From: a bacterium | GTDB taxonomy: Bacteria; Electryoneota; Electryoneia; Electryoneales; Electryoneaceae | DNA: 26,016 nt | Direction: 5' to 3' | Assembly: GCA_043801585.1 (NCBI GenBank) | Contig: JAZDLX010000111.1 | Span: 1 to 26,016, forward strand | Shown here: one piece after another, positions 1 through 11,454 of the stretch | How positions within the stretch are numbered: position 1 is the stretch's first letter | Layout of the letters: every line of letters begins with the position of its first letter | The notes under the pieces: generated by a model | Database searches by the model: none | Told to the model about the DNA's origin: nothing | What the model saw: the letters and a program-made list of their open reading frames with translations, nothing else | Position numbers and translations under genes: made by a program

Positions 1-1
1 C

Positions 2-769
2 AATTTCGGCGTCTTCCTCAAGGAGGGGGTGGCCACCGACGGCGACAACCGCAACGAGCTGGCGAAACTGTTGCTCTACGATTCCTCCGCCGATCCCGAG
101 AAGAAGGTCAGCCTCGAACAGTACCTCGAGCGGATGCCGGAGAAGCAACCGGCGATCTACTACATCACCGGACCGAATCGCGAGGCGATCGAGGCGGGTC
201 CTTATGGCGAGGCGCTGATCTCACGCGGGTACGAGATCCTGTACTGCTACGAGGGCGTGGACGATTTCGTGATGAGCGCTCTGCGTGAGTTCGAGGGCAA
301 GCCGATCATCTCCGCCGATCAGAAGGATCTGAAGCTGGAGGACACCGGCGGGGAATCCCCGGAAAACGCCGAAGAGGCGTTGTCCGAAAAAGAGGCTGGT
401 GACCTGGCCCGCTGGATCAAGGAGCAGCTCGGAGACACCGTCCAGGAAGTGCAGGTCTCGAAACGGCTCGTCAAAAGCGCCGCGATTCTCGTCAATCCGG
501 ACGAGATGTTCACCACGGGAATGCAGCGGATGATGCAGACGGTGACGAAGGGGACCCTGCCGAGCAAATCAATGGTGCTCGAAATCAACCCCGCCCACCC
601 GATCCTGAAACGGCTGGCGGAACTTCGCACACAGCCGGACAAGGCCGAGCTGGTCTCCGAAGCGGCAAAGATGCTTCTCGACAATGCGATGATCGCCGCC
701 GGCCTGCTGGTTGACCCGAAAACGCTGGTCGAGAGATCGTCACGGATCCTTGAGGCGGCATTGGCGTAA
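2..769 (+). CDS. htpG: Hsp90 chaperone HtpG, C-terminal part (5' truncated by window edge)
   Basis: Open frame from position 2 (NFGVFLKEGVATD). Hsp90 middle and C-terminal motifs VSLEQYLERM, IYYITG, VSKRLVKS, LEINPAHPIL. Confidence 0.95.
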   Translation, partial: NFGVFLKEGVATDGDNRNELAKLLLYDSSADPEKKVSLEQYLERMPEKQPAIYYITGPNREAIEAGPYGEALISRGYEILYCYEGVDDFVMSALREFEGKPIISADQKDLKLEDTGGESPENAEEALSEKEAGDLARWIKEQLGDTVQEVQVSKRLVKSAAILVNPDEMFTTGMQRMMQTVTKGTLPSKSMVLEINPAHPILKRLAELRTQPDKAELVSEAAKMLLDNAMIAAGLLVDPKTLVERSSRILEAALA

Positions 770-816
770 AAAGGTCAGTGGGAGCGGCGATTTGGGGACA
801 ACACAGGCCTTTTTTG

Positions 817-859
817 TGCCCTCTCATCAAGCCGGGCTTGGGAGAAGGGCATTGTTTTT
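817..859 (+). terminator. Likely intrinsic terminator of htpG
   Basis: Stem TGCCCT(817-822)/AGGGCA(846-851) with inner CAAGC/GCTTG, followed by TTGTTTTT. Confidence 0.6.
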
Positions 860-870
860 ACAGGATAAAA

Positions 871-907
871 TGTCCACTTTCGTCAATGAAGTGTCCGTTA
901 TCGTGCA
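871..907 (+). promoter_or_regulatory. Putative tandem upstream activator sequences for a sigma54 enhancer-binding protein
   Basis: TGTCC-N4-TCGT at 871 and 892 (21 bp apart), about 95-130 bp upstream of the -24/-12 element, with A-tracts in between. Confidence 0.5.
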
Positions 908-1000
908 CTGGAATGCTACTCCCAAAATACAGTGTGGTGCGTTTTGCCACATAAATTCATAAAAACCGACGAAAAAACCTGTACTTACAGACATGAAAAG

Positions 1001-1016
1001 AGGCACGGGAGTTGCT
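1001..1016 (+). promoter_or_regulatory. sigma54 (RpoN) -24/-12 promoter
   Basis: AGGCACGGGAGTTGCT matches the consensus TGGCACG-N4-TTGCW with exact GG-N10-GC spacing, upstream of the export operon. Confidence 0.75.
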
Positions 1017-1087
1017 GATAGTTGGGTGACGTGAATCGAGGAGGGGTACGATTCACGACAATTTGTTTGATCGAAGAGGGAGGGAAC

Positions 1088-1837
1088 ATGTCGGAGCCGA
1101 CCATTTCCACCGAAGAAACGGCTGCTGAAACCGTCGTAGTCAACCCGTTTTCCCGCATCATTTCAATCATCACCGAACCATCCGCAGCGATGCGAGGCGC
1201 CATTCAGAAACCCGCTCAGTGGTGGGTACCTCTTGTCCTTACCCTGATCGGTGTCATCATCTTTGCGATTCTTGCGGGTGACGTGGTCCGTGATTTCAGC
1301 GTCCAGAAAATGCAGGAACGGTTTACACAGATGGTCGCGGACGGCCGTCTGTCGCAGGAACGAGCTGACCAGATCTTTGAACAGCAGAGCCAAGGCGGCT
1401 TGATGACGATTGGCATCTATGTCGGTCCGATGGTCAACATTTTCATATTCAATATCATCTTTTCCCTTTTCGCATTGCTTGTCGGAAATGTAATTCTCGG
1501 TGGAAATCTCAAATTCGGTCATTATTGGACCATCATCTGGTGGTCATCGGTGATCGGTTTCATTTCTTTCGTTATCAGCGCCATCCTGATGAACATCACT
1601 GGCGACATCCATGGCGCACAGCTTGGTTTGGGAATCATTACCAAAGCAAACCCGGACAGTACCGCGCATAAAATCCTCCAGGTATTCGATGTATTCCGTA
1701 TCTGGCAGGCAATTGTCGCGGGTATTGGTGTGGCGATAGCAGCAAAGGTTTCCAGCAGCAAGGGTATCGTCTGGATGCTGGTCGTATTTCTTGGCATTTC
1801 CCTGATCATGTCTTTGGCCTTTGGAAATGCGATGTAA
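1088..1837 (+). CDS. Yip1/YknW-like multi-pass membrane protein
   Basis: ATG at 1088 after GAGGGAGGGA. N-terminal 'RIISIITEPSAAM...WWVPL' pattern and about 5 hydrophobic segments. Lies upstream of adaptor/ATPase/permease genes as yknW does. Confidence 0.8.
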   Translation: MSEPTISTEETAAETVVVNPFSRIISIITEPSAAMRGAIQKPAQWWVPLVLTLIGVIIFAILAGDVVRDFSVQKMQERFTQMVADGRLSQERADQIFEQQSQGGLMTIGIYVGPMVNIFIFNIIFSLFALLVGNVILGGNLKFGHYWTIIWWSSVIGFISFVISAILMNITGDIHGAQLGLGIITKANPDSTAHKILQVFDVFRIWQAIVAGIGVAIAAKVSSSKGIVWMLVVFLGISLIMSLAFGNAM

Positions 1838-1853
1838 CCATTAGCCCTATTTT

Positions 1854-1866
1854 GTTGTCAGACAAC
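1854..1866. promoter_or_regulatory. Perfect 13-bp palindrome, possible GntR-family operator
   Basis: GTTGTC-A-GACAAC in the spacer between the Yip1 and TolC genes. Confidence 0.35.
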
Positions 1867-1895
1867 CATCAACCTCTGGAAGAATGAGGACGTCC

Positions 1896-3278
1896 ATGAA
1901 CTGCAGCAAGAGTTTTACACGACATGCGCTGTTGATCCTGATCGGGGTGCTGATACTGTCAAGCGCCGGGTGGGCCGCCGAGCCATCCGATCCCCCGTTG
2001 ATTGTCAGCGATTCGACGAAAACGCTGGATGACCTGCTCGACCTGGCGCTCAACCACGAGTACACCTACCGGAAAGCCGTCGAAGGCGAGCGCATCGTCA
2101 CGATGCTGCGGGCGAGTGCAATTGGACAGTTTCTGCCAGGTTTGAGTTCGAGCGGAAGATGGAGCACGACAACGCTGAAGGATGTGATTGTATACGACAA
2201 CTTCGGCGTTCCCATCGGCACAAACAACGCCGACCAGAGCTTCAGCTCCTTTTCCGTTTCCGCAAGCGAAGTTCTGTTCAGCGGCGGTCAAAGACTCTTT
2301 GGTCTGGCGGGGGCAAAACTCCAACTTCAGAACATCTTCCTCAACAGCGAACGTTCACGGGATGTTCTCATTGCCCAGGTGAAGACCGTTTTCTACAATT
2401 TCCTTCTCGCTAAAGAGAATCTGGGGGTGCAGAACGAAATCCTCGCGCAGAGGAATGAGTCCCTGAGACTGGCGCAGGCGCGGTTCGCCACGGGTGATGT
2501 GATAGAGCTCGATGTGATGCAGGCTGAAATCGACCTGGGTACCCAGCAGAACAACGTCCTGCAGGTGGAACAATCGTTAAAAAACGCCCGTGAGGCGTTG
2601 AACCTCACCGTCGGCATTCACCTGGACAGCACCTTCCCCGTGGTTGGAGATTTGACACCGGTTCTCCCGAAAATGGATGCGGACAGGCTCGTCACGATGG
2701 CGCTGGATCAACGTCCGGATTACAAAATTGCGAAGAACCAGGTGAAGATCAACAAGCTGAATGTTCTCAACTATACCAGCCCATACCTGCCTACGGTCAG
2801 CGCTTTCTATTCCATTGAACGCAGCTACCGGAATGCCACACAAGCCGGGGATTACAAATTCTACCCTAACGATGTCTCGAACACGATCGGTTTCAGCATG
2901 AACTGGACCATCTTCGACCGGTTCCAGCGGGAGTACAATCGCCAGAATGCCGTGATTGCGAAGCGACAGTCGACCTTTGACGAAAATTCAGTACGTCAGA
3001 ACATCATGGCGAACGTGCGCAGCGAATGGCGCAACCTTGAAAAACTGAACCAGCAGATAAAAGTTTCCGGGCGTAACCGTGATTTGGCGCGCCGGCAGCT
3101 TCAACTCGAGCAGGAGCGTTACCGTATCGGTGCATCGAGCCAGTTGAACCTGCGCAGTGCGGAGGTAACCAGGATTACGGCGGAAAACGATTATCTGGCG
3201 CGGGTATTTGAATACTTTACAACACTCGCGACGCTTGAGCGTGACCTCGGCGCGTCGCTTGAGGAGGTATCCCGGTGA
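1896..3278 (+). CDS. TolC-family outer membrane efflux protein
   Basis: Signal peptide and two OEP-type repeats (FLPGLSSSG; ARFATG...LDVMQA; RPDY; YLPTVS; ERYRIG...LNLRSA). Start is 1896 (SD GAGGA) or 1884. Confidence 0.92.
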   Translation: MNCSKSFTRHALLILIGVLILSSAGWAAEPSDPPLIVSDSTKTLDDLLDLALNHEYTYRKAVEGERIVTMLRASAIGQFLPGLSSSGRWSTTTLKDVIVYDNFGVPIGTNNADQSFSSFSVSASEVLFSGGQRLFGLAGAKLQLQNIFLNSERSRDVLIAQVKTVFYNFLLAKENLGVQNEILAQRNESLRLAQARFATGDVIELDVMQAEIDLGTQQNNVLQVEQSLKNAREALNLTVGIHLDSTFPVVGDLTPVLPKMDADRLVTMALDQRPDYKIAKNQVKINKLNVLNYTSPYLPTVSAFYSIERSYRNATQAGDYKFYPNDVSNTIGFSMNWTIFDRFQREYNRQNAVIAKRQSTFDENSVRQNIMANVRSEWRNLEKLNQQIKVSGRNRDLARRQLQLEQERYRIGASSQLNLRSAEVTRITAENDYLARVFEYFTTLATLERDLGASLEEVSR

Positions 3279-4576
3279 GCAGGAAGCTGAACAAAAAGCG
3301 GCTCTGGATCATTATCGGCGCGGTTGTCGTGGTTGCGGGGCTCGTCGTCGCGAACATCGTAACGAAAAAAGGCCCGAAGGGTGAGAAGGTCGATGTCACC
3401 GTTGCAAAACTCGACAGCCTGGTTCAGACCGTCACCGCCTCCGGCAAGATTCAGCCCAAGGTTGATGTCAACATCAGCGCGAGTGTCAGTGGCCGCATCC
3501 TGTTCCTCGGTGCGGAAGAGGGCGATATCGTCAAGGAAGGTCAACAGCTGGTACAAATCGAAGACGAGAACTACAAGGCTCAGCTTAACCAGATGGAATT
3601 CAGCCTTCGCAGCGCTCAGGCGCAACTCGAGGAATCCCAGAGCAAGCAGAAACGCGTGCGTGAACTGCACAAGGCGCAACTTTCGTCCGACGCCGACCTG
3701 GAAGGCGCGGATGCCCTTGTCAAACGTCTTAAGGCTGAAGTAGACCGCGCCAAGGCAAACGTTGATCAGGCGAGGGACAGCTATTCGAAAACCCGCATCT
3801 ATTCCCCGATCAGCGGCACGGTTACTCGTCTGAATAAGGAACTTGGCGAGATGGCCATCGGCGCGACATTCAGCCAGGACGTGATTATGATGGTGTCGAA
3901 GCTCGATCAGATGGAAGTGGATGTGGAAGTAAACGAAAACGACGTTGTTCTGATCGGCCTCGGCGATCAGGTGAAGATTGAAGTCTTCGCCATGCCGGAC
4001 ACCTCTTTCCACGGCAAGGTTACGGAGATCGCCCATTCGGGAGTGGTCCGTGGTACGGGCACGGCTGAAGAAGTTACAAACTTCAACGTGAAGGTCGCCG
4101 TTACGGACCATGTTCCTCAACTCCGTCCCGGAATGAGCGCCACGGTTGAAATCATCACCGACCGCCGGGAAAAAACCCTTGTACTTCCCCAGGAAGCGGT
4201 AGCGGTGCGGACGTTCAGCGAAGAAGAGAAGATGGCTGCACAGGCCCGTATCAGCGGCAAAAAGGCGAAGAAGAAAAACGGCGGTAATGACGACAGCAGC
4301 CCCGGTATCGGTGGTAGCAAGGAAGATCCGGTGGAGGTTGTCTTCGTCGTCAAGAGCGATACGGTCTGGGCACAACGCGTTCGCCTTGGCATCTATTCCG
4401 ATACCCACTTTGAGATTCTCAGCGGCATCAACGAAGGAGATGTGGTCGTCACGGGTCCATTCCGCCTTCTTTCCCGTGACCTGCACAGCGGCAGGATTGT
4501 CAGCTACACTCCTCCGCCCGAGTTGAAAAAGGAAGAATCCCCGGGAGATGAGGCCGTAGCCGATAGCACGGAGTAG
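3275..4576 (+). CDS. MacA/YknX-like periplasmic adaptor (membrane fusion protein)
   Basis: N-terminal TM anchor, lipoyl half-motifs (VSGRI...EGDIVKEGQ; IYSPISGTV), coiled hairpin, LRPGMSA. GTGA overlap with the TolC stop. Confidence 0.93.
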   Translation: MSRKLNKKRLWIIIGAVVVVAGLVVANIVTKKGPKGEKVDVTVAKLDSLVQTVTASGKIQPKVDVNISASVSGRILFLGAEEGDIVKEGQQLVQIEDENYKAQLNQMEFSLRSAQAQLEESQSKQKRVRELHKAQLSSDADLEGADALVKRLKAEVDRAKANVDQARDSYSKTRIYSPISGTVTRLNKELGEMAIGATFSQDVIMMVSKLDQMEVDVEVNENDVVLIGLGDQVKIEVFAMPDTSFHGKVTEIAHSGVVRGTGTAEEVTNFNVKVAVTDHVPQLRPGMSATVEIITDRREKTLVLPQEAVAVRTFSEEEKMAAQARISGKKAKKKNGGNDDSSPGIGGSKEDPVEVVFVVKSDTVWAQRVRLGIYSDTHFEILSGINEGDVVVTGPFRLLSRDLHSGRIVSYTPPPELKKEESPGDEAVADSTE

Positions 4577-4603
4577 CGAACGGTTGTCATTGTGGAGTCG
4601 ATT

Positions 4604-5356
<753 letters not shown>

Positions 5357-5398
5357 CGAGGCTGGAAGAATTCTGCCGCGCACTGGAGGGAGCTGGTG

Positions 5399-6634
5399 AT
5401 GAAGCAGCAGCTTCAAGCATGGCTACACAATTTCTTCGAAGGATTCGGGATTGCCATCCGAGCCCTTCTTTCCAACAAAACTCGTGCCATTCTGACGACT
5501 CTGGGCATCGTCATCGGCGTCGTGACGGTGACGCTGATGCTGATGATCATCCAGGGGTTGAATCGCTCGTTCCAGCAGCAGATCGCGTTTCTCGGCAGTA
5601 ACACCGTATACATCGACCCGTGGCCCTGGGTCTGGGATGACAACTGGTGGAAGTACATCAACCGTCCCAAGGTCACCATGGAGCAGTACGAATTCGTCAA
5701 GCAACGGACGAACCTGGCGGATGCGGTTGCGCCAAGGATTGCGACACGCCGAACCGTCGCATTCCGGGATAAGGCGCTTTCCGGCGTGATGATCCTGGGG
5801 ACGTCAAGTGAATTCGCTTACATTTCGAGTGCACAACCGGAATTCGGCAGATTTATTTCCGATTCGGACAACCGGGCGAGTCGAAAGGTCTGCGTTATCG
5901 GCGTTGACGTTGTCAAAGAACTGTTCGGTCCCTTCAATCCTCTGGGGCGCGATATCCGCATCGGTGCGAACAACTACAAAGTGGTGGGAATCCTTGAAAA
6001 GCAGGGGAGCACCTTCGGCCAATCCCGCGACAACATCATCATCGTTCCCATCGAAACTTTTATCAACTCTTACGGACGAAACCGCAGCGTAACCATCGCC
6101 GTGCGGGCGAAGGATGACGCGAACATGGATGAGTTGATCGATGAACTGACCGGGATCATGAGACGGGCGCGCAAACTGAAACCATTGCAGGAAGACAATT
6201 TTGCGATCAACCGCCAAGAGGCGCTGGAGTCGTTCTACAAGGCGATGACTGCCGGTGTCTATGGCGCGGGTTTGATCATCGGCGGGATCAGTCTTCTGGT
6301 AGGCGGGATCGGCATCATGAACATCATGCTCGTTTCGGTCACGGAACGAACCTGGGAAGTGGGGATGCGAAAAGCCGTGGGAGCGCGGACGAGCCATATC
6401 CTCTGGCAATTCCTGATCGAAGCGATGTTGATCTGCAGCCTTGGGGGAGCCCTGGGCATCGGGCTGGCATACCTGGGAGGGCTCGCCATCAAGAATTTCC
6501 TGCCGGCCGTGTTGCCGCCGTGGCTCGCCCTTGCCGCTGTGCTGTTCTCGGCAATTGTCGGGCTGGTCTTCGGCCTCTTCCCCGCCGCCAAGGCCGCAAA
6601 GATGGACCCGATTGCCGCTCTACGGCAACAGTAA
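5399..6634 (+). CDS. MacB/FtsX-family ABC permease, type A copy 1
   Basis: RAILTTLGIVIGV, large periplasmic domain, GGIGIMNIMLVSVTERTWEVGMRKAVGA, PAAKAAKMDPI. Confidence 0.94.
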   Translation: MKQQLQAWLHNFFEGFGIAIRALLSNKTRAILTTLGIVIGVVTVTLMLMIIQGLNRSFQQQIAFLGSNTVYIDPWPWVWDDNWWKYINRPKVTMEQYEFVKQRTNLADAVAPRIATRRTVAFRDKALSGVMILGTSSEFAYISSAQPEFGRFISDSDNRASRKVCVIGVDVVKELFGPFNPLGRDIRIGANNYKVVGILEKQGSTFGQSRDNIIIVPIETFINSYGRNRSVTIAVRAKDDANMDELIDELTGIMRRARKLKPLQEDNFAINRQEALESFYKAMTAGVYGAGLIIGGISLLVGGIGIMNIMLVSVTERTWEVGMRKAVGARTSHILWQFLIEAMLICSLGGALGIGLAYLGGLAIKNFLPAVLPPWLALAAVLFSAIVGLVFGLFPAAKAAKMDPIAALRQQ

Positions 6635-6646
6635 ACGAGGCGACGG

Positions 6647-7873
<1,227 letters not shown>

Positions 7874-8073
7874 CCGAAACCAATTCCCATCTGTGCTTTG
7901 GTGCAGGTGCTTAAATACAAAGTTGAATTCGTGGTTGAGGTGTAACCCATTTTCCACATAGGGGTCTAATAAGTGCAAGGATGAAGGCGCATAGGGGGCG
8001 CTGGATCGCCATGCTGGTTGCGGGAACCTGAAATCCCGAGACGGAGCCGGATTGATGTACCACGAGGTGCATT

Positions 8074-9300
8074 GTGGGTAAGTCTATCTATAGCCTCCGC
8101 GAGGGATTGAATATCGCTCTCCGCGCCCTGGTTACAAACAAGACCCGATCTCTCCTTACCACACTCGGCATCGTCATCGGCGTTGTGACCGTCACCCTGA
8201 TGCTGATGATCATCCAGGGCTTGAACCGGTCCTTCCAGAACCAGATCGCCGTTCTTGGGACGAATACCGTCTACATCGATAAATTTCCCTGGATCATCAC
8301 CGACAACTCGTTCTACCGGTACATCAACCGTCCCAATCTGACGATGGAGAATTTCGAGTACGTTCAAAGATTCTCGGATCGCGCGGAATACCTATCAGCA
8401 GCGACAGGGACTCGGCGCGCGGTGGGCTATCGGAATACAACGCTGGAACGTATCCTTGTTGCGGGTGTCACTCCGAATGCGATACGAGTAAACGGTTTTT
8501 CGGTGGAAACGGGACGTTTTATTACCGAAAGCGATCTCCGCACGAACCGCAAAGTGTGCGTTATCGGAAAAAGCATCCAGGAAGAGCTGTTCGGTCCGAT
8601 CAATCCGCTCGGACGAAAAGTCCGGGTCGGCAGTGACGTCTACCGAGTTGTTGGCACCCTTGAACGGATGGGGGAAATGTTCGGCAACAGCCTTGACGAT
8701 CGTCTGGTCATGCCGATAACAACCTTCCAGCAGGTCTTGGGGCATCGGCGTTCTCTTGAGATATCGGCGAAGGCGTATGATGGCGAAGACCTGGACGCAC
8801 TGGTCGACGAACTGACTTACCTGATGCGCCGGAGCCGGCACCTGAAGCCCCTCGAAGAGGACAACTTCTCGATCAACCGGATGGAGATGCTGGAATCCTT
8901 TTATAAGCAGATCACCGCAGGTGTGTACGCAGCAGGCCTGGTGATCGGTGGTATCGCCTTGCTTGTTGGCGGTGTTGGCATCATGAACATCATGCTGGTT
9001 TCCGTGGCGGAGCGCACCTGGGAAATCGGCATGCGCAAAGCGGTCGGGGCGAAGACGGCGGACATCCTGTTGCAGTTCCTCGTCGAAGCGATGCTGATCT
9101 GCATGCTCGGGGGTGCCATCGGACTTCTTCTGGCGGCCGGAGCGGGACAGGCGCTGAAAAGCCAACTGCCGGTATCACTCCCCCTCTGGCTCAGCGTGAT
9201 GGCCGTTCTCTTCAGCGGATTCATTGGAATTGTATTCGGGCTTTTCCCCGCCGCGAAGGCGGCGCGGATGGATCCCATCGTTGCGCTCAGGCAGGAGTAG
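8074..9300 (+). CDS. MacB/FtsX-family ABC permease, type A copy 2
   Basis: GTG start after GAGG. Shares TTLGIVIGVVTVTLMLMIIQGLNRSFQ and ERTWE with 5399..6634. Confidence 0.93.
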   Translation: MGKSIYSLREGLNIALRALVTNKTRSLLTTLGIVIGVVTVTLMLMIIQGLNRSFQNQIAVLGTNTVYIDKFPWIITDNSFYRYINRPNLTMENFEYVQRFSDRAEYLSAATGTRRAVGYRNTTLERILVAGVTPNAIRVNGFSVETGRFITESDLRTNRKVCVIGKSIQEELFGPINPLGRKVRVGSDVYRVVGTLERMGEMFGNSLDDRLVMPITTFQQVLGHRRSLEISAKAYDGEDLDALVDELTYLMRRSRHLKPLEEDNFSINRMEMLESFYKQITAGVYAAGLVIGGIALLVGGVGIMNIMLVSVAERTWEIGMRKAVGAKTADILLQFLVEAMLICMLGGAIGLLLAAGAGQALKSQLPVSLPLWLSVMAVLFSGFIGIVFGLFPAAKAARMDPIVALRQE

Positions 9301-9303
9301 GCC

Positions 9304-10518
9304 ATGAATCTCGGCGAATCGTTCCGGTTATCGGTGATCAACATCATCAGTCAGAAACTGCGCAGCTCGCTGACACTGCTCGGTGTGGTTATCGGTGTGA
9401 TGACGATCATTACAACCATGTCCGTGATCCGGGGCCTGCAGAAACGTGTCGAGACCCAGATGTCGGTTCTCTCCGCAGGAGTTTTCCAGGTCGAAGCGTT
9501 CGAAAGGAATATCAACCGCAACCGTTTCCACCGCTGGCCAAAAATCGGCTGGAAAGAGGTACGGGCAATCGAAGAGAACGTTCCGCTGGCGAAAATCATC
9601 GCCCCGGAAGTCTGGCAATACCAGGTCACCATACGATACAAGGATAAGACCACCAATCCGAACATCATCGTCGCCGGCGGTGTGCCCGGTTTCGCGCCGA
9701 ACAACGGCTACATGGTTGACCGTGGCCGATTTCTATCCGATACCGACGTTCATTTTCAACGCCCCGTCGTTATCCTCGGCAACGGCGTGGCGAATCAGCT
9801 TTTCCCGTTCATCGATCCGATCGGGCAGTTCGTCACGATCAATGGCAACCGCGCCCAGGTGATCGGAGTGCTTGAGGAACGAGGCAGCCTCTTCAACGAC
9901 AACTCCGACTTTCACTGTGTCATCCCGATCACGACCTGGACCCGCTGGTGGGGTACGGAACAAAGCTGGTTCATCACCGTGCAGGTGTCGGATCCCGCGC
10001 GTATCGAGGAAGGTATCGATCAGACAGTGGCGGCGTTGCGAGCCGTACGAAACCTGAAACCCGGGCAGGACAACAATTTTGCGACCTTTTACAGCAACCA
10101 GCTCGTTGACAGCTTCAACAATATGACAAAATGGATCCGCATCGCCGCGTTTGGAATCGCCTCGATCGCGTTGATCGTCGCTGGAGTCGGTATCATGAAC
10201 ATCATGCTGGTTTCCGTCACCGAGCGAACCCGTGAAATCGGAGTGCGCAAAGCCATCGGCGCCCGACGGAGGAGCATTCTCTATCAATTCCTCGTCGAAG
10301 CGATCATCCTGACCGAGATTGGAGCGTTGATCGGAGTCGGCATTGGGATTGTCGCTGCGATGGTGCTCGGGAAAGCAGCGGATTTGCCGGTTGCTGTACC
10401 TGCGTGGAGCATCCTTGTCGGCATCGTCTTCTGCAGCCTGATCGGGTTGGTTTTCGGAACGTGGCCGGCGTGGAAAGCAAGTCGCCTCGATCCGATCGAC
10501 AGCCTCCGTTACGAATAG
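9304..10518 (+). CDS. MacB/FtsX-family ABC permease, type B copy 2
   Basis: Shares KLRSSLTLLGVVIGVMTII, TRWWG, SNQLVDSFN and FGTWPAWKASRLDPI with 6647..7873. Confidence 0.94.
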   Translation: MNLGESFRLSVINIISQKLRSSLTLLGVVIGVMTIITTMSVIRGLQKRVETQMSVLSAGVFQVEAFERNINRNRFHRWPKIGWKEVRAIEENVPLAKIIAPEVWQYQVTIRYKDKTTNPNIIVAGGVPGFAPNNGYMVDRGRFLSDTDVHFQRPVVILGNGVANQLFPFIDPIGQFVTINGNRAQVIGVLEERGSLFNDNSDFHCVIPITTWTRWWGTEQSWFITVQVSDPARIEEGIDQTVAALRAVRNLKPGQDNNFATFYSNQLVDSFNNMTKWIRIAAFGIASIALIVAGVGIMNIMLVSVTERTREIGVRKAIGARRRSILYQFLVEAIILTEIGALIGVGIGIVAAMVLGKAADLPVAVPAWSILVGIVFCSLIGLVFGTWPAWKASRLDPIDSLRYE

Positions 10519-10542
10519 TGAAATTCGACTTACGGACGGATC

Positions 10543-10568
10543 AACCCACCTTTAGTGTGGGTTTTTCT
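10543..10568 (+). terminator. Intrinsic terminator of the export operon
   Basis: AACCCAC-CTTTAGT-GTGGGTT followed by TTTCT. Confidence 0.7.
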
Positions 10569-10688
10569 ATCTCCGGGAGGCAGATCCAGTTCTGAGTGTT
10601 CTCACCGATGTGAGACTTACCGGAGATGATGAATGGTTATCCTTTAAGAACAGGGGGAAATGTTGACATTTACTTCGGGAGGAAAACC

Positions 10689-11270
10689 ATGGCAGTAAAA
10701 AAGATCCTGATGCTCGTTGGCGATTACGCCGAGGACTATGAAACGATGGTCCCGTTTCAGATGCTGCGAATGGTGGGTCACAAAGTGGACGCAGTTTGTC
10801 CAGGCAAGAAAAAAGGTGACACCATTCGAACCGCAATCCATGATTTCGAGGGTGACCAGACGTACAGTGAAAAGCCGGGTCACAATTTTACCCTGAACGC
10901 CACGTTCTCCACGATCAAACTCGAGAAATATCACGCTCTGGTCATTCCCGGTGGACGGGCACCCGAGTACATTCGCCTGAACCCGAAGGTAATCGAAATA
11001 GTCAAATACTTCGTGAAGAAGAAAAAACCGATCGCTGCCATCTGCCATGGTCCCCAAATTCTGGCAGCTGCCGGAGTGCTGAAGGGCAGGAAAGCCACTG
11101 CTTACCCGGCAGTGGGTCCGGACATCAAACTTGCGGGTGGAACGTATCGCAATATCCCCGTTGACAAAGCGATGACCGACGGCAATCTCGTCACTGCTCC
11201 CGCCTGGCCCGCCAATGACGCATGGATGAAAGCCTTCCTGAAGGTGTTGGGGACGAAGATCACCCCCTGA
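10689..11270 (+). CDS. pfpI: DJ-1/PfpI family protein (intracellular protease/deglycase-like)
   Basis: ATG at 10689 after [43 protein letters not shown] and nucleophile elbow AICHGPQ. Confidence 0.9.
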   Translation: MAVKKILMLVGDYAEDYETMVPFQMLRMVGHKVDAVCPGKKKGDTIRTAIHDFEGDQTYSEKPGHNFTLNATFSTIKLEKYHALVIPGGRAPEYIRLNPKVIEIVKYFVKKKKPIAAICHGPQILAAAGVLKGRKATAYPAVGPDIKLAGGTYRNIPVDKAMTDGNLVTAPAWPANDAWMKAFLKVLGTKITP

Positions 11271-11299
11271 TCCATGCGATCGATGAAAACGTTATTCTC

Positions 11300-11332
11300 C
11301 ACCCCTCGTCTATCTGGATGAGGGGTGTTTTT
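11300..11332 (+). terminator. Intrinsic terminator after pfpI
   Basis: CACCCCTCGTCT-ATCT-GGATGAGGGGTG (12 bp with two G-U pairs) followed by TTTTT. Confidence 0.8.
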
Positions 11333-11454
11333 GCGTTGTTTCCAAGAGGAACATCGTTGTAGAATTGTGGAGAATCCGCACGAAAAGGAGATCATTATCC
11401 GGGTGCTTCAACTTGGCAGGATCAATTTTCGGTGAGGGGCGCTTTACCCTGGCA

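Noticed and set aside
768..815. AAAAAGGTC...GGCCTTTTTT inverted repeat as the htpG terminator
   Set aside because: The loop is long and the GC core is weak. The hairpin at 817-859 is the better candidate.
7930..8073. Known-class matches for the permease leader (lysine GAGGTG, c-di-AMP, ykkC-like GCGGGA..AAA.CCCG, group II intron domain V GAGCCGGAT)
   Set aside because: Only short words match. The other conserved elements and spacings of each class are absent.
10570..10660. TPP riboswitch (GGGAG..CTGAG)
   Set aside because: The downstream ACCTGAT and GCG-AGGGA elements are missing and the downstream gene is unrelated to thiamine.
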